The notes: generated by a model not told the origin, from the letters alone. Counted from the whole stretch's first letter, positions 8,937-19,836 are shown. The stretch is DNA of 63,970 nt, filler included, from Candidatus Woesearchaeota archaeon (GCA_018399355.1; 9 parts of 9 records of this genome joined end to end with filler, not necessarily neighbours in it), one strand, 5' to 3'. Program-made: numbers and translations.

Positions 8937-10400
8937 TTAATCTATCCTGTAAACATAACTAAAAGGCCTATTTCTTGTCTTATAAACTTCTTTAAGCTGG
9001 AAATTTGTAATTTCAGTTATTCTTTCATCGGGCAAATCTGAGATTATAAAATCAGGTTTTTGTTTCTGCCAATCAACGTAAATAAGCTTGTTATCTAAAA
9101 AATCCTTAACAAAATAACCATGTATAGTCATTCCTTCTTCTCCTTCTAAAAAGATAATTGAGACTTTCGAGTTTAGTAAAATATTTCTATTTGCCCATTC
9201 TATAGCTTGGGCCCTGTGCTCAGACCTTTGAGAATAAATTGAAGGTAGGGGAATCACTTTATCAATTGAGTCCTTAAAAGAGCCATAGCTTAATACTGCA
9301 CTTAAGAACATAAAGCTAACCAAGCACAAAATGATAAGGATAAATTTAAAATTTTTTGATTTAAACCTTAATCTTTTAAAATCAAGAAAAGCAAAAATAG
9401 TCAGTATTGGAATAAGGGGTGTTAGGTATCTTGTCCTTGACATTATAACGTGAAATACTGATGATGGATTATAGTTTAATGCTATATGCGCAAAAATAAA
9501 GATTATGCAATTTCCAATAACTAAAAGCCAAAAAGTATCTTTTTTCTTCCAAGCAAATGTTGCCCTCTTTAAAATAAATGGAAGAAGAAAGGAAAAAGTC
9601 AACAATATCGCAATAGTATAAACAACAAACATGTAAGGTATTTTTACCCAAAATGATAAAACCTCTGAATAACCACTTCCTTCTGGAAATAGTCCCTTAA
9701 ATATTATTACATTCCTCAAAATCCAGAGACAAACAGGCAATGATGCTGCCATAACAAAAGAAATATTTTCTATTATCTTCTCTCGCCTAAAGATATTATA
9801 CACGCTGAATAAGACAAATAAAATAATAAAAAAACCAGAGGTAAATCTTGTGATTATAGCCAGCCCAAAAATAAGTCCAGCTAATAAGTAAGATGATAAA
9901 CTCTTTTTAAGAAAATAAATAAGAATACCTAAAATTAACAAGAAACTAGCTAAACTCTCTGAAAGAGGCAATATTCCATTAAAATAAAAAAACCAAGGGT
10001 TAAACAATACTAGTAATGATACAAAAAAGCTTTCTGTTCTTTTTATTTTTAAAAACCTTGAAAAAAGATAAACAAAAACAATGGTAAGTGAACTCCAAAA
10101 TATTGCAGAGAATTTTATTGCATAAACAGATTTTCCAAATATAAGAAAGAATGGAACACTGAATAAAGGAAATAATGGAGGATAGTTACCATGAGGTAAA
10201 TCACTACCAGAAGAAATAGGGCTTGAATATGCGAAGTTAGTAGCAATATGTTCAGTAAGTTCAGCATAGTAATTGCTATCGCCAGAGATAGGATAATTCC
10301 AAGAAGGTATTTTTGTAGCAATAGCTAAAATAAAAAGAAACAAGATGATATAAAAATCGAATGAGTGTGTTTTAAGTAATGATTTTTTAATATTGTTCAT
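8937..10400 (-). CDS. GT-C (ArnT/PMT_2-like) membrane glycosyltransferase
   Basis: GDSNYYAEL, YPPLFPL, LSESLA, GLAIITR, RYLTPLIP motifs; many TMs. Confidence 0.8.
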   Translation of the reverse strand: MNNIKKSLLKTHSFDFYIILFLFILAIATKIPSWNYPISGDSNYYAELTEHIATNFAYSSPISSGSDLPHGNYPPLFPLFSVPFFLIFGKSVYAIKFSAIFWSSLTIVFVYLFSRFLKIKRTESFFVSLLVLFNPWFFYFNGILPLSESLASFLLILGILIYFLKKSLSSYLLAGLIFGLAIITRFTSGFFIILFVLFSVYNIFRREKIIENISFVMAASLPVCLWILRNVIIFKGLFPEGSGYSEVLSFWVKIPYMFVVYTIAILLTFSFLLPFILKRATFAWKKKDTFWLLVIGNCIIFIFAHIALNYNPSSVFHVIMSRTRYLTPLIPILTIFAFLDFKRLRFKSKNFKFILIILCLVSFMFLSAVLSYGSFKDSIDKVIPLPSIYSQRSEHRAQAIEWANRNILLNSKVSIIFLEGEEGMTIHGYFVKDFLDNKLIYVDWQKQKPDFIISDLPDERITEITNFQLKEVYKTRNRPFSYVYRID

Positions 10401-10473
10401 ATTAAATCAAAATTCTTAAGAGATATATAAATTTATGTAAATGACCAATTAAGATTAACTTAAAAATAAAAAA

Positions 10474-11751
10474 TTATCTTCCAATTCCCTTATATACAAT
10501 ACCAAGAACTTTAATCCTCTCCTTATCAAGGCAGTTCTTTCCATCTATAACTACCTTAACGTCTTTTTCTTTTAACATAATAGGCCTTAATGCCTTAAAC
10601 TCAGGATGGTCTGTTGCAATGACAATGCACTCTGCATCAAGGGCCTCATCTAAATCTTTAACTGTTGACTTATCCAGAATATAAGGGTCAAACACCTTTA
10701 AATCTGCCCCTAAATTTTCAAGCTCTTTAATAATTTCAAGAGCAGGGCTTTCTCTCATATCATCCACACCGCCCTTGTAAGCCAATCCAAGAACAGTTAT
10801 CTTTGTATCCTTAACAGATTTATCAATCTCATTAAGTCCCTGAATAACCTTCTCAACAGTGTAATGCGGCATGCTGTTGTTTATTTCCCTTGTAAGATTT
10901 AAAAACTGGTGGGTAAAGCCGTTTTGCCTTGCCCTGCTTATCAGATAATAAGGGTCAACCTTTATGCAATGGCCTCCAACGCCGCATCCGGGCCAATGCG
11001 GCATAAAACCAAATGGTTTTGTGCTAGCTCCCTTAATAACCTCTGTAACATCTATCCCCATTTTGTCAAATGATTTCGCCATCTCATTCACAAAAGCTAT
11101 ATTGACGTCCCTGAATGTATTTTCCATTATCTTTGTTGCCTCTGCTGCCTTAATTGAGTTTAGTTCAAGAACCTCAGAGCTTGTTAATGTGCGGTAAAAT
11201 TCAGATGACATTTTTAGTCCCTCAACACTTAAAGCGCCTATAACTCTTGGAAGGTTATTTACATTCCATTTTTTATTTCCCGGATCAACCCTTTCAGGGC
11301 AGTAAGCCAGATAAAAATCCTCTCCCGCTTTTAATCCTAATTTCTCTAAAATCGGCTTGACAATCTCTTCTGTTGTTCCTGGAAATACAGTTGATTCAAT
11401 AACAATTAAATCTCCTCTCTTTAAATTTTCAGAAACTGTTTTTGCAGCTTTTTCCAAAGGCTTCAAATCAGGATTATAATGTGCATCTATTGGCGTTGGA
11501 ACGCATATTATGATTATATCAGCCTCTCCAATTACTTCAGGATTAGTTGCAACATCTATCTTGTCCTTAAGCTTATCAAGTTTTTCTTCAAGAAATTTAT
11601 CTTTTATAGGGCTCTTGCCCTCGCTTATAATCTTAACTGATTTTTCATTTATATCAAAGCCGTATGTCTTATAACCTTTTTCAATGCAAAGGCACAACAA
11701 AGGCAGTCCTACATAACCCAAACCAACGACACAAACCTTCCTATTTAACAT
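10474..11751 (-). CDS. Nucleotide-sugar dehydrogenase (UDP-N-acetylhexosamine 6-dehydrogenase, WecC/WbpA-like)
   Basis: GLGYVGLP, ICVPTP, ESTVFPGTT, CPERVDPG, GVGGHCI, GLAYK. Confidence 0.92.
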   Translation of the reverse strand: MLNRKVCVVGLGYVGLPLLCLCIEKGYKTYGFDINEKSVKIISEGKSPIKDKFLEEKLDKLKDKIDVATNPEVIGEADIIIICVPTPIDAHYNPDLKPLEKAAKTVSENLKRGDLIVIESTVFPGTTEEIVKPILEKLGLKAGEDFYLAYCPERVDPGNKKWNVNNLPRVIGALSVEGLKMSSEFYRTLTSSEVLELNSIKAAEATKIMENTFRDVNIAFVNEMAKSFDKMGIDVTEVIKGASTKPFGFMPHWPGCGVGGHCIKVDPYYLISRARQNGFTHQFLNLTREINNSMPHYTVEKVIQGLNEIDKSVKDTKITVLGLAYKGGVDDMRESPALEIIKELENLGADLKVFDPYILDKSTVKDLDEALDAECIVIATDHPEFKALRPIMLKEKDVKVVIDGKNCLDKERIKVLGIVYKGIGR

Positions 11752-11816
11752 AACACTAAATATATTGAAAATCTTTATAAAGTTAATGATTTTTCAAATC
11801 TATTAAGGGGGTAGAT

Positions 11817-12794
11817 ATGGATATATTAATCACAGGAGGAGCTGGATTCATTGGTTTTCATGTGGCAAAATCTCTATTAGAGAGAGGAGACAATGTTACA
11901 ATAATAGACAATTTCAATGACTATTATGATGTTAACTTAAAAGAAGCCAGAATAAAAGAATTAGGCAATCACAATAATCTCAATTTGATAAGAGCGGATA
12001 TTTCTGACCATAATGCAATGGATGATATTTTCAAAAATCATAAATTCAACAAGATATGCCATCTTGCTGCGCAGGCAGGTGTAAGATACTCTCTTGAAAA
12101 TCCATTGGTTTATGAAAAATCAAATATAATGGGAACATTGGTAATGCTTGAGATGGCCAGAAAATACAGCATAAAGGACTTTGTTTTTGCATCAAGCAGT
12201 TCTGTTTACGGCAATAACAAAAAAACACCTTTTTCAGAAGATGACAATGTCGACCATCCTGTGTCATTTTATGCTGCAACAAAGAAATCAAATGAGTTAA
12301 TGGCTTACACGTATCATCATCTTTATCAAATAAACTGCACAGGATTAAGATTTTTTACAGTTTATGGAGAATTTGGAAGGCCTGATATGGCTTATTTCAA
12401 GTTCACAAAAGCCATTTTAGAAGACAAGCCAATTGATATTTACAACAATGGGAAGATGAAAAGGGATTTTACATATATCTCAGACATCACAGACGGAGTT
12501 CTTGCTGCAATAGACAATCCCTTCCCATATGAAATAATCAACCTTGGCAACAATAATCCAGTAGAGCTTTCTTACTTTATAGAATGCATAGAAAAGGCAG
12601 TAGGTAAAAAGGCAAAAAAGAATATGATGCCTATGCAAAAAGGCGATGTTCCAATAACATATGCTGATATAAGCAATGCAGAAAAACTTTTAAATTATAA
12701 ACCAAGTGTTAAAATAGGGCAGGGAATTGAAAAATTTGTTGAATGGTACAAGGATTATTATGGGTATTCTCAATGCAAAAAATGGAAAAATTAA
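11817..12794 (+). CDS. NAD-dependent epimerase (UDP-glucuronate 4-epimerase-like)
   Basis: TGGAGFIG, HLAAQAGVRYS, SSSSVYG, YAATKK, GRPDMA. Confidence 0.92.
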   Translation: MDILITGGAGFIGFHVAKSLLERGDNVTIIDNFNDYYDVNLKEARIKELGNHNNLNLIRADISDHNAMDDIFKNHKFNKICHLAAQAGVRYSLENPLVYEKSNIMGTLVMLEMARKYSIKDFVFASSSSVYGNNKKTPFSEDDNVDHPVSFYAATKKSNELMAYTYHHLYQINCTGLRFFTVYGEFGRPDMAYFKFTKAILEDKPIDIYNNGKMKRDFTYISDITDGVLAAIDNPFPYEIINLGNNNPVELSYFIECIEKAVGKKAKKNMMPMQKGDVPITYADISNAEKLLNYKPSVKIGQGIEKFVEWYKDYYGYSQCKKWKN

Positions 12795-14440
12795 GAGATA
12801 TTTATGCAGAAAAGGCGCTTTGCCAAATACCAAGATTACTTACTCTTCTTGACAGAAATGAATTCTCAAAGACGTATGGTTCATTTCAAAGAACTTACTG
12901 GCTTGACAAAAGCGATGATTTTGTAAATGCTCTGCCCCAGTATGGAGTTCATTCACTTGCCTTAGTTTATAGTTATAAAATGCCTAATAATATTTATTAT
13001 AACAATAAAAAAATAAAAAAGTGGGCAATTGCGGCCATGAATTACTGGGTTAAGATACAGCACAAAGATGGTTCATTTGATGAATTCTACTATAATGAGC
13101 ATGGATGGGCAGGACCAACTGGATTCCTTCTGTATGCAATGGTTGAATCGTATAAGCTTTTGTGTGAAGGAATGACAAAAAATGAAAAAGAAAATTTTCT
13201 TAAAGCATGCAGGAAAGCAGCAATATTTCTAGGCAAATATGATGAATCAGGAATTCTGGCAAACCATCACGCAATGGCTTTGCTACCGATATATGATACT
13301 TATACTCTCCTTAAAGATGAATACTTATTAAAGTTGTTCCATGATAAGTTAAAATACTTTTATACCCTTGTTTCAGAAGAGGGATGGTCTCTGGAGTACG
13401 ATGGACCAGATATAGGGTATTTATCTGCAACAGTTAGTTTTTTATCAAAACTTCACAATTTAGGATATAAAGATGATAAGATAGAAAGAGTAATTAAAAA
13501 ATCAATAGAATTCTCTAGTTATTTTGTTTATCCAAATAACTATTATGCGGGAAGTATGGGCTCAAGGCAAACCCTGCATTTTTATCCGCATGGTTATGAG
13601 ATATTTGCAGAAAAAATACCTCTTGCAGGAAGAATTGCTGACAAGATGCTTGAAGGTTTAAGTGAAGGAAAGCTAGTGCCCCCGGAGATACAGGCAGATA
13701 GATATTTTCTTTATAGAATACCTGAATTCTTGCTTTCATATATAGACTACAACAAAAAAAGAAAATCTGATGAGTCAAAGCTTCCCTATGAAAAGAAAGA
13801 TTTTACAACCAACTTTAAGCATGCAGGAATTTATGTAAAAAAAATAAGAGATACTTACTTTCTTTGCAACATGAAAAAGGGGGGAGTGATAAAAATATTT
13901 GATGTAAGAAACAAAAAAGTTATATTAAATGATGACTGTTATGTAGGAAAACTAGACAACAATAAAGCTATAACCTCTCAATGGGTAGACAATAAACTTA
14001 AGATAGAATCAGATGATAACAAGGTAATTGTAAAAGGAAAACTTAATTTTATTCCACAGAAAAATTTTACGCCATTAAAAGGTATTATGTTCAGGGTTGT
14101 AATGTTCTTGTTGGGATGGAATACTTTTTTATCTTACCATTTAAAAGGTTTGATAAGGAAGATAATTATCTTTGGAAAAAACAAACCAGATGTTTATTTT
14201 ACCAGGGAGATAGAGTTTAAAGACAGTATTATTATAAAAGATTCCATAAAAAACAAATCAAAGAATAATATAAACTATTTTAAGATTGGTGGATGTTCTT
14301 ATGTAAGGTATGTACCCCAATCAAGATTTTTTCAACCGGTAGAACTTGAAATACAGGGATATGAACTAAACAAAGAAGAATTGTCTAAATTTAATAAAAC
14401 AAAAACATTTAAAACTGAGAGGAAAATTGAGATCAAATAG
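12773..14440 (+). CDS. Hypothetical protein in glycosylation cluster (possible alpha/alpha-toroid, heparinase-like)
   Basis: Long ORF; QHKDGSFDEFY, LANHHAM, EEGWSLEYDGPDIGY resemble lyase/toroid-type proteins (weak). Confidence 0.6.
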   Translation: MQKMEKLRDIYAEKALCQIPRLLTLLDRNEFSKTYGSFQRTYWLDKSDDFVNALPQYGVHSLALVYSYKMPNNIYYNNKKIKKWAIAAMNYWVKIQHKDGSFDEFYYNEHGWAGPTGFLLYAMVESYKLLCEGMTKNEKENFLKACRKAAIFLGKYDESGILANHHAMALLPIYDTYTLLKDEYLLKLFHDKLKYFYTLVSEEGWSLEYDGPDIGYLSATVSFLSKLHNLGYKDDKIERVIKKSIEFSSYFVYPNNYYAGSMGSRQTLHFYPHGYEIFAEKIPLAGRIADKMLEGLSEGKLVPPEIQADRYFLYRIPEFLLSYIDYNKKRKSDESKLPYEKKDFTTNFKHAGIYVKKIRDTYFLCNMKKGGVIKIFDVRNKKVILNDDCYVGKLDNNKAITSQWVDNKLKIESDDNKVIVKGKLNFIPQKNFTPLKGIMFRVVMFLLGWNTFLSYHLKGLIRKIIIFGKNKPDVYFTREIEFKDSIIIKDSIKNKSKNNINYFKIGGCSYVRYVPQSRFFQPVELEIQGYELNKEELSKFNKTKTFKTERKIEIK

Positions 14441-15350
14441 CCTAGTTTATCCAAATCTCAAGAAAAAGATAAAACCTTTAAATATATTAATTATTAGTGT
14501 TGTGACCATACTAATTTTCTACTGGCTCTTATCAAAAATATCTTTCTTGAAATCAATTCAAATAATACTAAAAGCGAATCTTGTTTTCATAATATTATCT
14601 TTACTATTCTTGTTCTTAATTTTATTTTTTTTGATAGTGAGATGGTTATTCATTTTGAGAACATTACATCCAAAATCCAAATTTCATGATTCTTTAATAT
14701 CAACAATGTCTGCTTCATCCTTAAATTCTATTTTGCCTTCAAAACTGGGAGATTTATTCAAAGTCTATTATTTCAGAAATTATGGTATTTCTCAAATGGT
14801 TGGGGCTGTTTTCACAGAAAGGTTATTAGACATTATTACACTAACCTTGCTCTTGATTATGGGTTCTTTAACCTTAAATAAACCTATTTTTGTTTATATA
14901 TCTATTACAATAATGCTAATTTTTATTATATCGATGTCCTTGTTGTATGTACTAAGAAAAAAATTAAATAGATATTTATTATTAAAAAATCTTTTGTACT
15001 CAATTAATTGGATTATTAAGAGGCCATTCAAAGCCCTTATTTTATTTTTATTATCTTTACTAATATGGTTTTCTTCTATCATACAAATATACCTTTTATT
15101 TTTAGCAGTATCAGCAGATGTTAGTCTTTTATATTTCAGTTCAGCTATTATCATTGTTATCTTCATAAGCCTTATACCAATAACAATTGCAGGTATGGGC
15201 ACAAGAGAAAGTGCTATCCTATATCTTTTTTCGAATTTTGCAAGTAATGAGGTTCTTCTTGCTGCTGGCCTATTATTTTCTTTTTTTAGATATTGGCTCC
15301 TATCAATTTTAGGTATTCCTTTCCTGTATTCAGCAATAAGAAAGAAGTAG
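14427..15350 (+). CDS. Lysylphosphatidylglycerol-synthase TM / UPF0104 flippase-like protein
   Basis: RW...LNSILPSKLGDLFKVYY, ERLLD, LIPITIAGMGTRE. Confidence 0.88.
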   Translation: MRSNSLVYPNLKKKIKPLNILIISVVTILIFYWLLSKISFLKSIQIILKANLVFIILSLLFLFLILFFLIVRWLFILRTLHPKSKFHDSLISTMSASSLNSILPSKLGDLFKVYYFRNYGISQMVGAVFTERLLDIITLTLLLIMGSLTLNKPIFVYISITIMLIFIISMSLLYVLRKKLNRYLLLKNLLYSINWIIKRPFKALILFLLSLLIWFSSIIQIYLLFLAVSADVSLLYFSSAIIIVIFISLIPITIAGMGTRESAILYLFSNFASNEVLLAAGLLFSFFRYWLLSILGIPFLYSAIRKK

Positions 15351-15353
15351 CAA

Positions 15354-16027
15354 TTATTTTCTCCCTACAATCAATTGGTTGCACATAATCCAATGTAAGC
15401 CTATTTTGTTAAGAAAATTTTCTATTGGAATTTCAAATGGCATACCAACTGGAGAAATCATAAACCTTTTTAATTTAAGTACCTTAAATTGATTATCCAC
15501 TAACAACTTTTTTAATTCTTTTAGATTATATGTCTTAAAATGAGTATCATCTTTCAGATGTCCAACCAAAGTTCCTAATCTTTCAAAAAAAGGATTTGGT
15601 GTAGTGATAATTATTATCCCTCCTTCCTTTAGAATTCTGTATGTTTCTTTTAAAAATATTTCTGGGTTTTTCAAATGTTCTATCATTGCAGTGGAGATTA
15701 ATACATCAAAACTGTTATCCTCAAATTTTAAATCAAGCGCATTCCCTTGTATCAAGTGTTTTTTTATCTCTTTATTTGCAAGATTTATTAATTCTTGGTC
15801 AAAGTCAATTCTTGGTCAAAGTCAATACCTTTATATTCCGTAACGTTGATCTTTTTAATAATTAATTCTAACATCTTACCATCAGCACAACCAACATCTA
15901 TGATGGATTGAACGTTTTTTCCATAATATTTCAGAATAATCTTGATTACCTCGCTTGTTCTCCTCCTGAGACGATAACCTAATGCTTTTTTCTTTTCTCT
16001 GTCCTTATAGTATTCTTTATAATCCAT
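15354..16027 (-). pseudogene. Class I SAM-dependent methyltransferase, frameshifted by a 17-bp tandem duplication
   Basis: 5' ORF has IIDVGCADG; 3' ORF has FEDNSFDVL..IEHL..LKEGG..TTPN; removing one repeat unit gives a single 218-aa frame. Confidence 0.85.
15790..15823. repeat. Perfect 17-bp tandem duplication AATTCTTGGTCAAAGTC x2
   Basis: Units at 15790-15806 and 15807-15823. Confidence 0.95.
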
Positions 16028-16028
16028 C

Positions 16029-16886
16029 TTATTTATACCTCACGATTATATGGGCTATCAGACCAAACATGAATATCTGCAATGCGGTTAGCATCAGAAG
16101 CAGAACTGTTACATCCATTAATTGGCCCAAAAAAGATATACTGTAAACTGCAATAAAAACAGCTATTAAAGTTAGAAATAAACTTATTATTGAAAATATT
16201 TTAATGGGATTAAAAAGCAAGGTCATTTTCAAAATTAGATTGTTAAAATTATAAAAATCAAAAGGAGAAATACTAGATTTTCCTTTTCTCTCAAAATAAT
16301 TGATAGGTACATATTTTAGGTTATAACCCTTGCTCAAAAAAGACATTGTTATTGTAGATGTAAATGAAAATCTTTCAGGGTATAGTTTCCAAAATTCTAA
16401 GCATTTTTCCTTTTCAAAAATTCTCATACCTGAGTTCAAATCAGGTATTTTCTTTTTAACTAGAAAACCAGCAAACTTATTTAAAAACCATTTTGGAACC
16501 CTTCTTAAAAGAGGTATATTGGTATTTCTTATGTTCCTTGCTCCAATAACCATATCATAATCATTTATATGTTTAACCAGATTAGGTATCTCGTTTATGG
16601 GATAAGTTCCATCTGCATCTGTAATCAATATCCATTTACCTTTTGCTTCCCTTATACCTCTTTTTAATGAAGCTCCATATCCTCTGTTTGGTTGGTTATG
16701 CAGAACTTTTATTCCATTTATCTTATCAAGGATTTCCCCACTTTCATCTTCAGAACAATCATTTATGGTTATAATTTCATAATCATAATTGATAGAGCCC
16801 ATTACTTTCTTTAAGGATTCTATTGTTTCTTTTGCAGCTTTTTCCTCGTTATAAACAGGAATAATAACAGATATTAGTTGAGTCAT
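16029..16886 (-). CDS. GT2 glycosyltransferase (DPM1-like) with two C-terminal TMs
   Basis: SVIIPVYNEE, NDCSED, NRGYGASL, TDADGTY, DLNSGMR. Confidence 0.9.
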   Translation of the reverse strand: MTQLISVIIPVYNEEKAAKETIESLKKVMGSINYDYEIITINDCSEDESGEILDKINGIKVLHNQPNRGYGASLKRGIREAKGKWILITDADGTYPINEIPNLVKHINDYDMVIGARNIRNTNIPLLRRVPKWFLNKFAGFLVKKKIPDLNSGMRIFEKEKCLEFWKLYPERFSFTSTITMSFLSKGYNLKYVPINYFERKGKSSISPFDFYNFNNLILKMTLLFNPIKIFSIISLFLTLIAVFIAVYSISFLGQLMDVTVLLLMLTALQIFMFGLIAHIIVRYK

Positions 16887-16992
16887 TCTATCTACTGAAT
16901 AGTAAGTTATTTAAATAAGTTTCTATGAGAGTAAATAATAAAAAGAATGTCTTTTAATAATAAACTTACAATTTAAATTTTTGTGATAAAAG

Positions 16993-17103
16993 ATGAAAAT
17001 AAAAAAGATGTTGGTAAAACTGCTGGGGATATTGCTCTTTGTTTTTATAATCACAAAAATTGATTTGGGTAATTTCTTTAATCTTTTAAAAAATATAAAT
17101 TTA
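16993..17103 (+). CDS. Probable second UPF0104 flippase-like protein, N-terminal fragment
   Basis: MKIKKMLVKLLGILLFVFIITKIDLGNFFNLLKNINL runs into the contig end and resembles the N-terminus of 14427..15350. Confidence 0.5.
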
Positions 17104-17203
17104 NNNNNNNNNNNNNNNNNNNNNNNNNNNNNNNNNNNNNNNNNNNNTTAATTAATTAANNNNNNNNNNNNNNNNNNNNNNNNNNNNNNNNNNNNNNNNN
17201 NNN
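17104..17203. other. Artificial contig linker
   Basis: N44-TTAATTAATTAA-N44. Confidence 0.98.
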
Positions 17204-17208
17204 TTCTT

Positions 17209-17604
17209 TTAAGTATTCAGTATATTTTCTGATTTAATAAAATTGCCATCTTTAATTGTGTTATAAATAACCTTGTCTAATGAATGAACTTTTTCGTTTT
17301 CATAGATCATTAAGTTTTTGTTTTTCCCCTTGCTTTTGTCAAAGGTAACTATAACCGAACTTCCCATTTTTGAGGGGTTATCAGTCATTCCTATTCCTTG
17401 TTTTGGGATTATTATTCCAGCCCTTTTATTATTTTCAATATAGCCAAGCTCATTAACAGGAGCATTATTTTCCTGCAAAAAGTAATCAATTATTCCTGAA
17501 ATCCTTTTTGCGCTGTTTTTATCAACTTTTAGAATTCTCTTCTTATTTAATGGATATTTATTTAATATTTTTGCATCAAGATCAATTGTATATTTATTCT
17601 TCAT
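17209..17604 (-). CDS. Hypothetical protein
   Basis: 131-aa ORF co-oriented with upstream operon. Confidence 0.5.
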   Translation of the reverse strand: MKNKYTIDLDAKILNKYPLNKKRILKVDKNSAKRISGIIDYFLQENNAPVNELGYIENNKRAGIIIPKQGIGMTDNPSKMGSSVIVTFDKSKGKNKNLMIYENEKVHSLDKVIYNTIKDGNFIKSENILNT

Positions 17605-17629
17605 ATATAGATAATATTAAGCATATTAT

Positions 17630-18205
17630 TTAAAACTTTCTTTTTATACCTACTATAAAATGAATAATTACTGAAATAAAGAGCGATAAAATAATGGTGA
17701 TAATAAAAAAACTTCTGAAAAAGCTTTGCTGGTAAACCTGAATCATTAGTGAGTCAGATGAAAACTGCCAATTGCCCTGTGGAAAAAGAAGTAAATGAAA
17801 AAATGTAAAAAAGATATTGAAAAATAATAATATGATAAGAGATAAAAAACCAATAAAGAGTATTATTAATGTGGATTTTTTGATCTGATTGAGTTTTATT
17901 TTTCTTTTGTAAACTAAAACAAAAAAGGTGATTAATAACACAATAAAAATAAATTGCTGAATTAGAATAAGGTTTCTCACATCTTTCATATGGGATTTTT
18001 CATTATCGCTGAAATCAACATTCAGCTCTTGGCTGAACCCTGTAATATATTCGGTGACATTTTTATCAATTTCAAAAAAATAAGTATTATTGCTGTATCT
18101 TTCTATTAATTTTTGGTGAAACCAGCTGCAATGAATAAGAATATTGAATGAAAGAAGTATCAAAAAAAACGCAATCAAGAGTCCTATTAAAAAATCTTTT
18201 TTCAT
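17630..18205 (-). CDS. DUF1461/TIGR01906-like membrane protein
   Basis: EKSHMKDVRNL and FFTFFHLLLFPQGNWQF..SLMIQVY motifs. Confidence 0.8.
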   Translation of the reverse strand: MKKDFLIGLLIAFFLILLSFNILIHCSWFHQKLIERYSNNTYFFEIDKNVTEYITGFSQELNVDFSDNEKSHMKDVRNLILIQQFIFIVLLITFFVLVYKRKIKLNQIKKSTLIILFIGFLSLIILLFFNIFFTFFHLLLFPQGNWQFSSDSLMIQVYQQSFFRSFFIITIILSLFISVIIHFIVGIKRKF

Positions 18206-19203
18206 TATGATTTCTCAATTTTTGGATATGTTCCTGGAAGCATAAAAACCTTGTCTGTCTTAACAGCAAGCCCTTTCTCGCCAAGCATCTCTTTTGAGCT
18301 CATCTTTGCAGCCCCATAGCATATCAGCTCTTTTTTCAAGGTCATAACTGCAACAATATCCTGCTTTTCTATTCCTGAATCTAACTGAGATATTCCTGGA
18401 AGATTAAGGTTTGCTCCATGACATAAACTGTCTACGGCGCTGTCAAGAACATAAATCTTTAAAAGATGCTCTACTGCCTTTTCAATTGGCTGTATGCAAT
18501 ACCTGATATATTTTTCATTCTTTTCTTCGTTAAAATAATAAAATGCATCTGTTAAATCCTGCATTGTAACAAGGTTAGTTAATTCATTGAATGGACCTGC
18601 CTTTGTTCTTCTAAGCTCCACCATATGCGCGCCGCATCCAAGCTGCTTTCCTATATCATGTATCAGTTTTCTTATGTATGTTCCTGCCTCACATCCAACT
18701 TTGAACAGAACATCCCTATCATTAATCTCCATTATATCAATATAATAAACGCTTCTCTGTCTTTTCCTTCTTTTTACAGCGCTTTTTATAGGGGGAATTT
18801 GATATATCTTGCCAACAAATTTACCGCACACTTCCATTATCTTGTCTTCAGAGACATCTTTATGAATATGCATTAAAGCAACGTACTCTTTTCCTGCTGT
18901 GAGGAGCAACTGAACAACTCTTGTTGCCCTTCCAAGGGCCAATGGAAGCGCGCCTGTAACTCCTGGATCAAGAGTCCCTGAATGCCCTGCCTTGGATATG
19001 CTGAGAATTTTTTGCACATAATCGCTTACCTGGTGGCTCGTAGGACCAGAAGGCTTGTCTATATTGACTATTCCATAATTTATCAGCTCTTTGACAGGCA
19101 TGTTCTCTGGAATACAGCCAAATTTATCGCTTGTTTCAGCTTTTTTCCTGATTAGAATTTGTCTTTTATGCTTTTCAAAAGGCAAGAGGTTATTTTTTTC
19201 CAT
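18205..19203 (-). CDS. cbf5: H/ACA RNA-guided pseudouridine synthase Cbf5
   Basis: IDKPSGPTSHQV, GHSGTLDPGVTG, CEAGTYIRKL, C-terminal PUA domain. Confidence 0.95.
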   Translation of the reverse strand: MEKNNLLPFEKHKRQILIRKKAETSDKFGCIPENMPVKELINYGIVNIDKPSGPTSHQVSDYVQKILSISKAGHSGTLDPGVTGALPLALGRATRVVQLLLTAGKEYVALMHIHKDVSEDKIMEVCGKFVGKIYQIPPIKSAVKRRKRQRSVYYIDIMEINDRDVLFKVGCEAGTYIRKLIHDIGKQLGCGAHMVELRRTKAGPFNELTNLVTMQDLTDAFYYFNEEKNEKYIRYCIQPIEKAVEHLLKIYVLDSAVDSLCHGANLNLPGISQLDSGIEKQDIVAVMTLKKELICYGAAKMSSKEMLGEKGLAVKTDKVFMLPGTYPKIEKS

Positions 19204-19240
19204 AAAAAAAAGATTATTTAATTATTTAATAAGGTTTTGA

Positions 19241-19834
19241 TTATTTAGAATTAGTTTTTGGCTTTTCAGCCTTTTCCTTGGTTTCTTTTTTAATTACATC
19301 AGTTGCAGTTTCTTTCTTTTCTTCTTTTGCTGGTTTCTCTTTTGATTTTTCTTCAGATTCTTCTTTTTTTAACTCCTTGCCTTCATCTGGTTTGTTTTCC
19401 TGCTCCTTTGCTTCTTTCTTTTGCCCTGTTTTCTCTTCAGGTTGTTTTTTATCTTCCTTCTTTGCTGTTTTGTTTTTGTCTTCTTTATTTTCCTCGGGTT
19501 TTTCTGTTTTTTTTGCAGGCTTGTTTTTCTCTTGTTTTGGCTTTTCAACCGGAGCTCCCACTAATTCTGCCTTGACTAATCCATCGTCATACTTTTCAAC
19601 CTTGACTTTTAACTTATGAGGTGGGTTCTTAATTCCATTCTCCCATACTTTTAAGTTTAAATATTTTCCAAGCTTAATATTATCTGATTTCATATGCTTT
19701 ATTAGAAATTCCTTTACAGCAGAGATTGTTTTTTTTGCTCTCTTATATTTAGGAGTCTTTTGAAACTCTTTTCTAAGAGGGATAACATACTCTCTTTCAA
19801 TTGATATTTTTGGTTTTTCCTCTTTCTTTGCCAT
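19241..19834 (-). CDS. rpl31e: 50S ribosomal protein L31e with long Lys/Glu-rich C-terminal extension
   Basis: EREYVIPLR...KRAKK...LNLKVWENGIKNPPHKLKVKV. Confidence 0.92.
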   Translation of the reverse strand: MAKKEEKPKISIEREYVIPLRKEFQKTPKYKRAKKTISAVKEFLIKHMKSDNIKLGKYLNLKVWENGIKNPPHKLKVKVEKYDDGLVKAELVGAPVEKPKQEKNKPAKKTEKPEENKEDKNKTAKKEDKKQPEEKTGQKKEAKEQENKPDEGKELKKEESEEKSKEKPAKEEKKETATDVIKKETKEKAEKPKTNSK

Positions 19835-19836
19835 TT

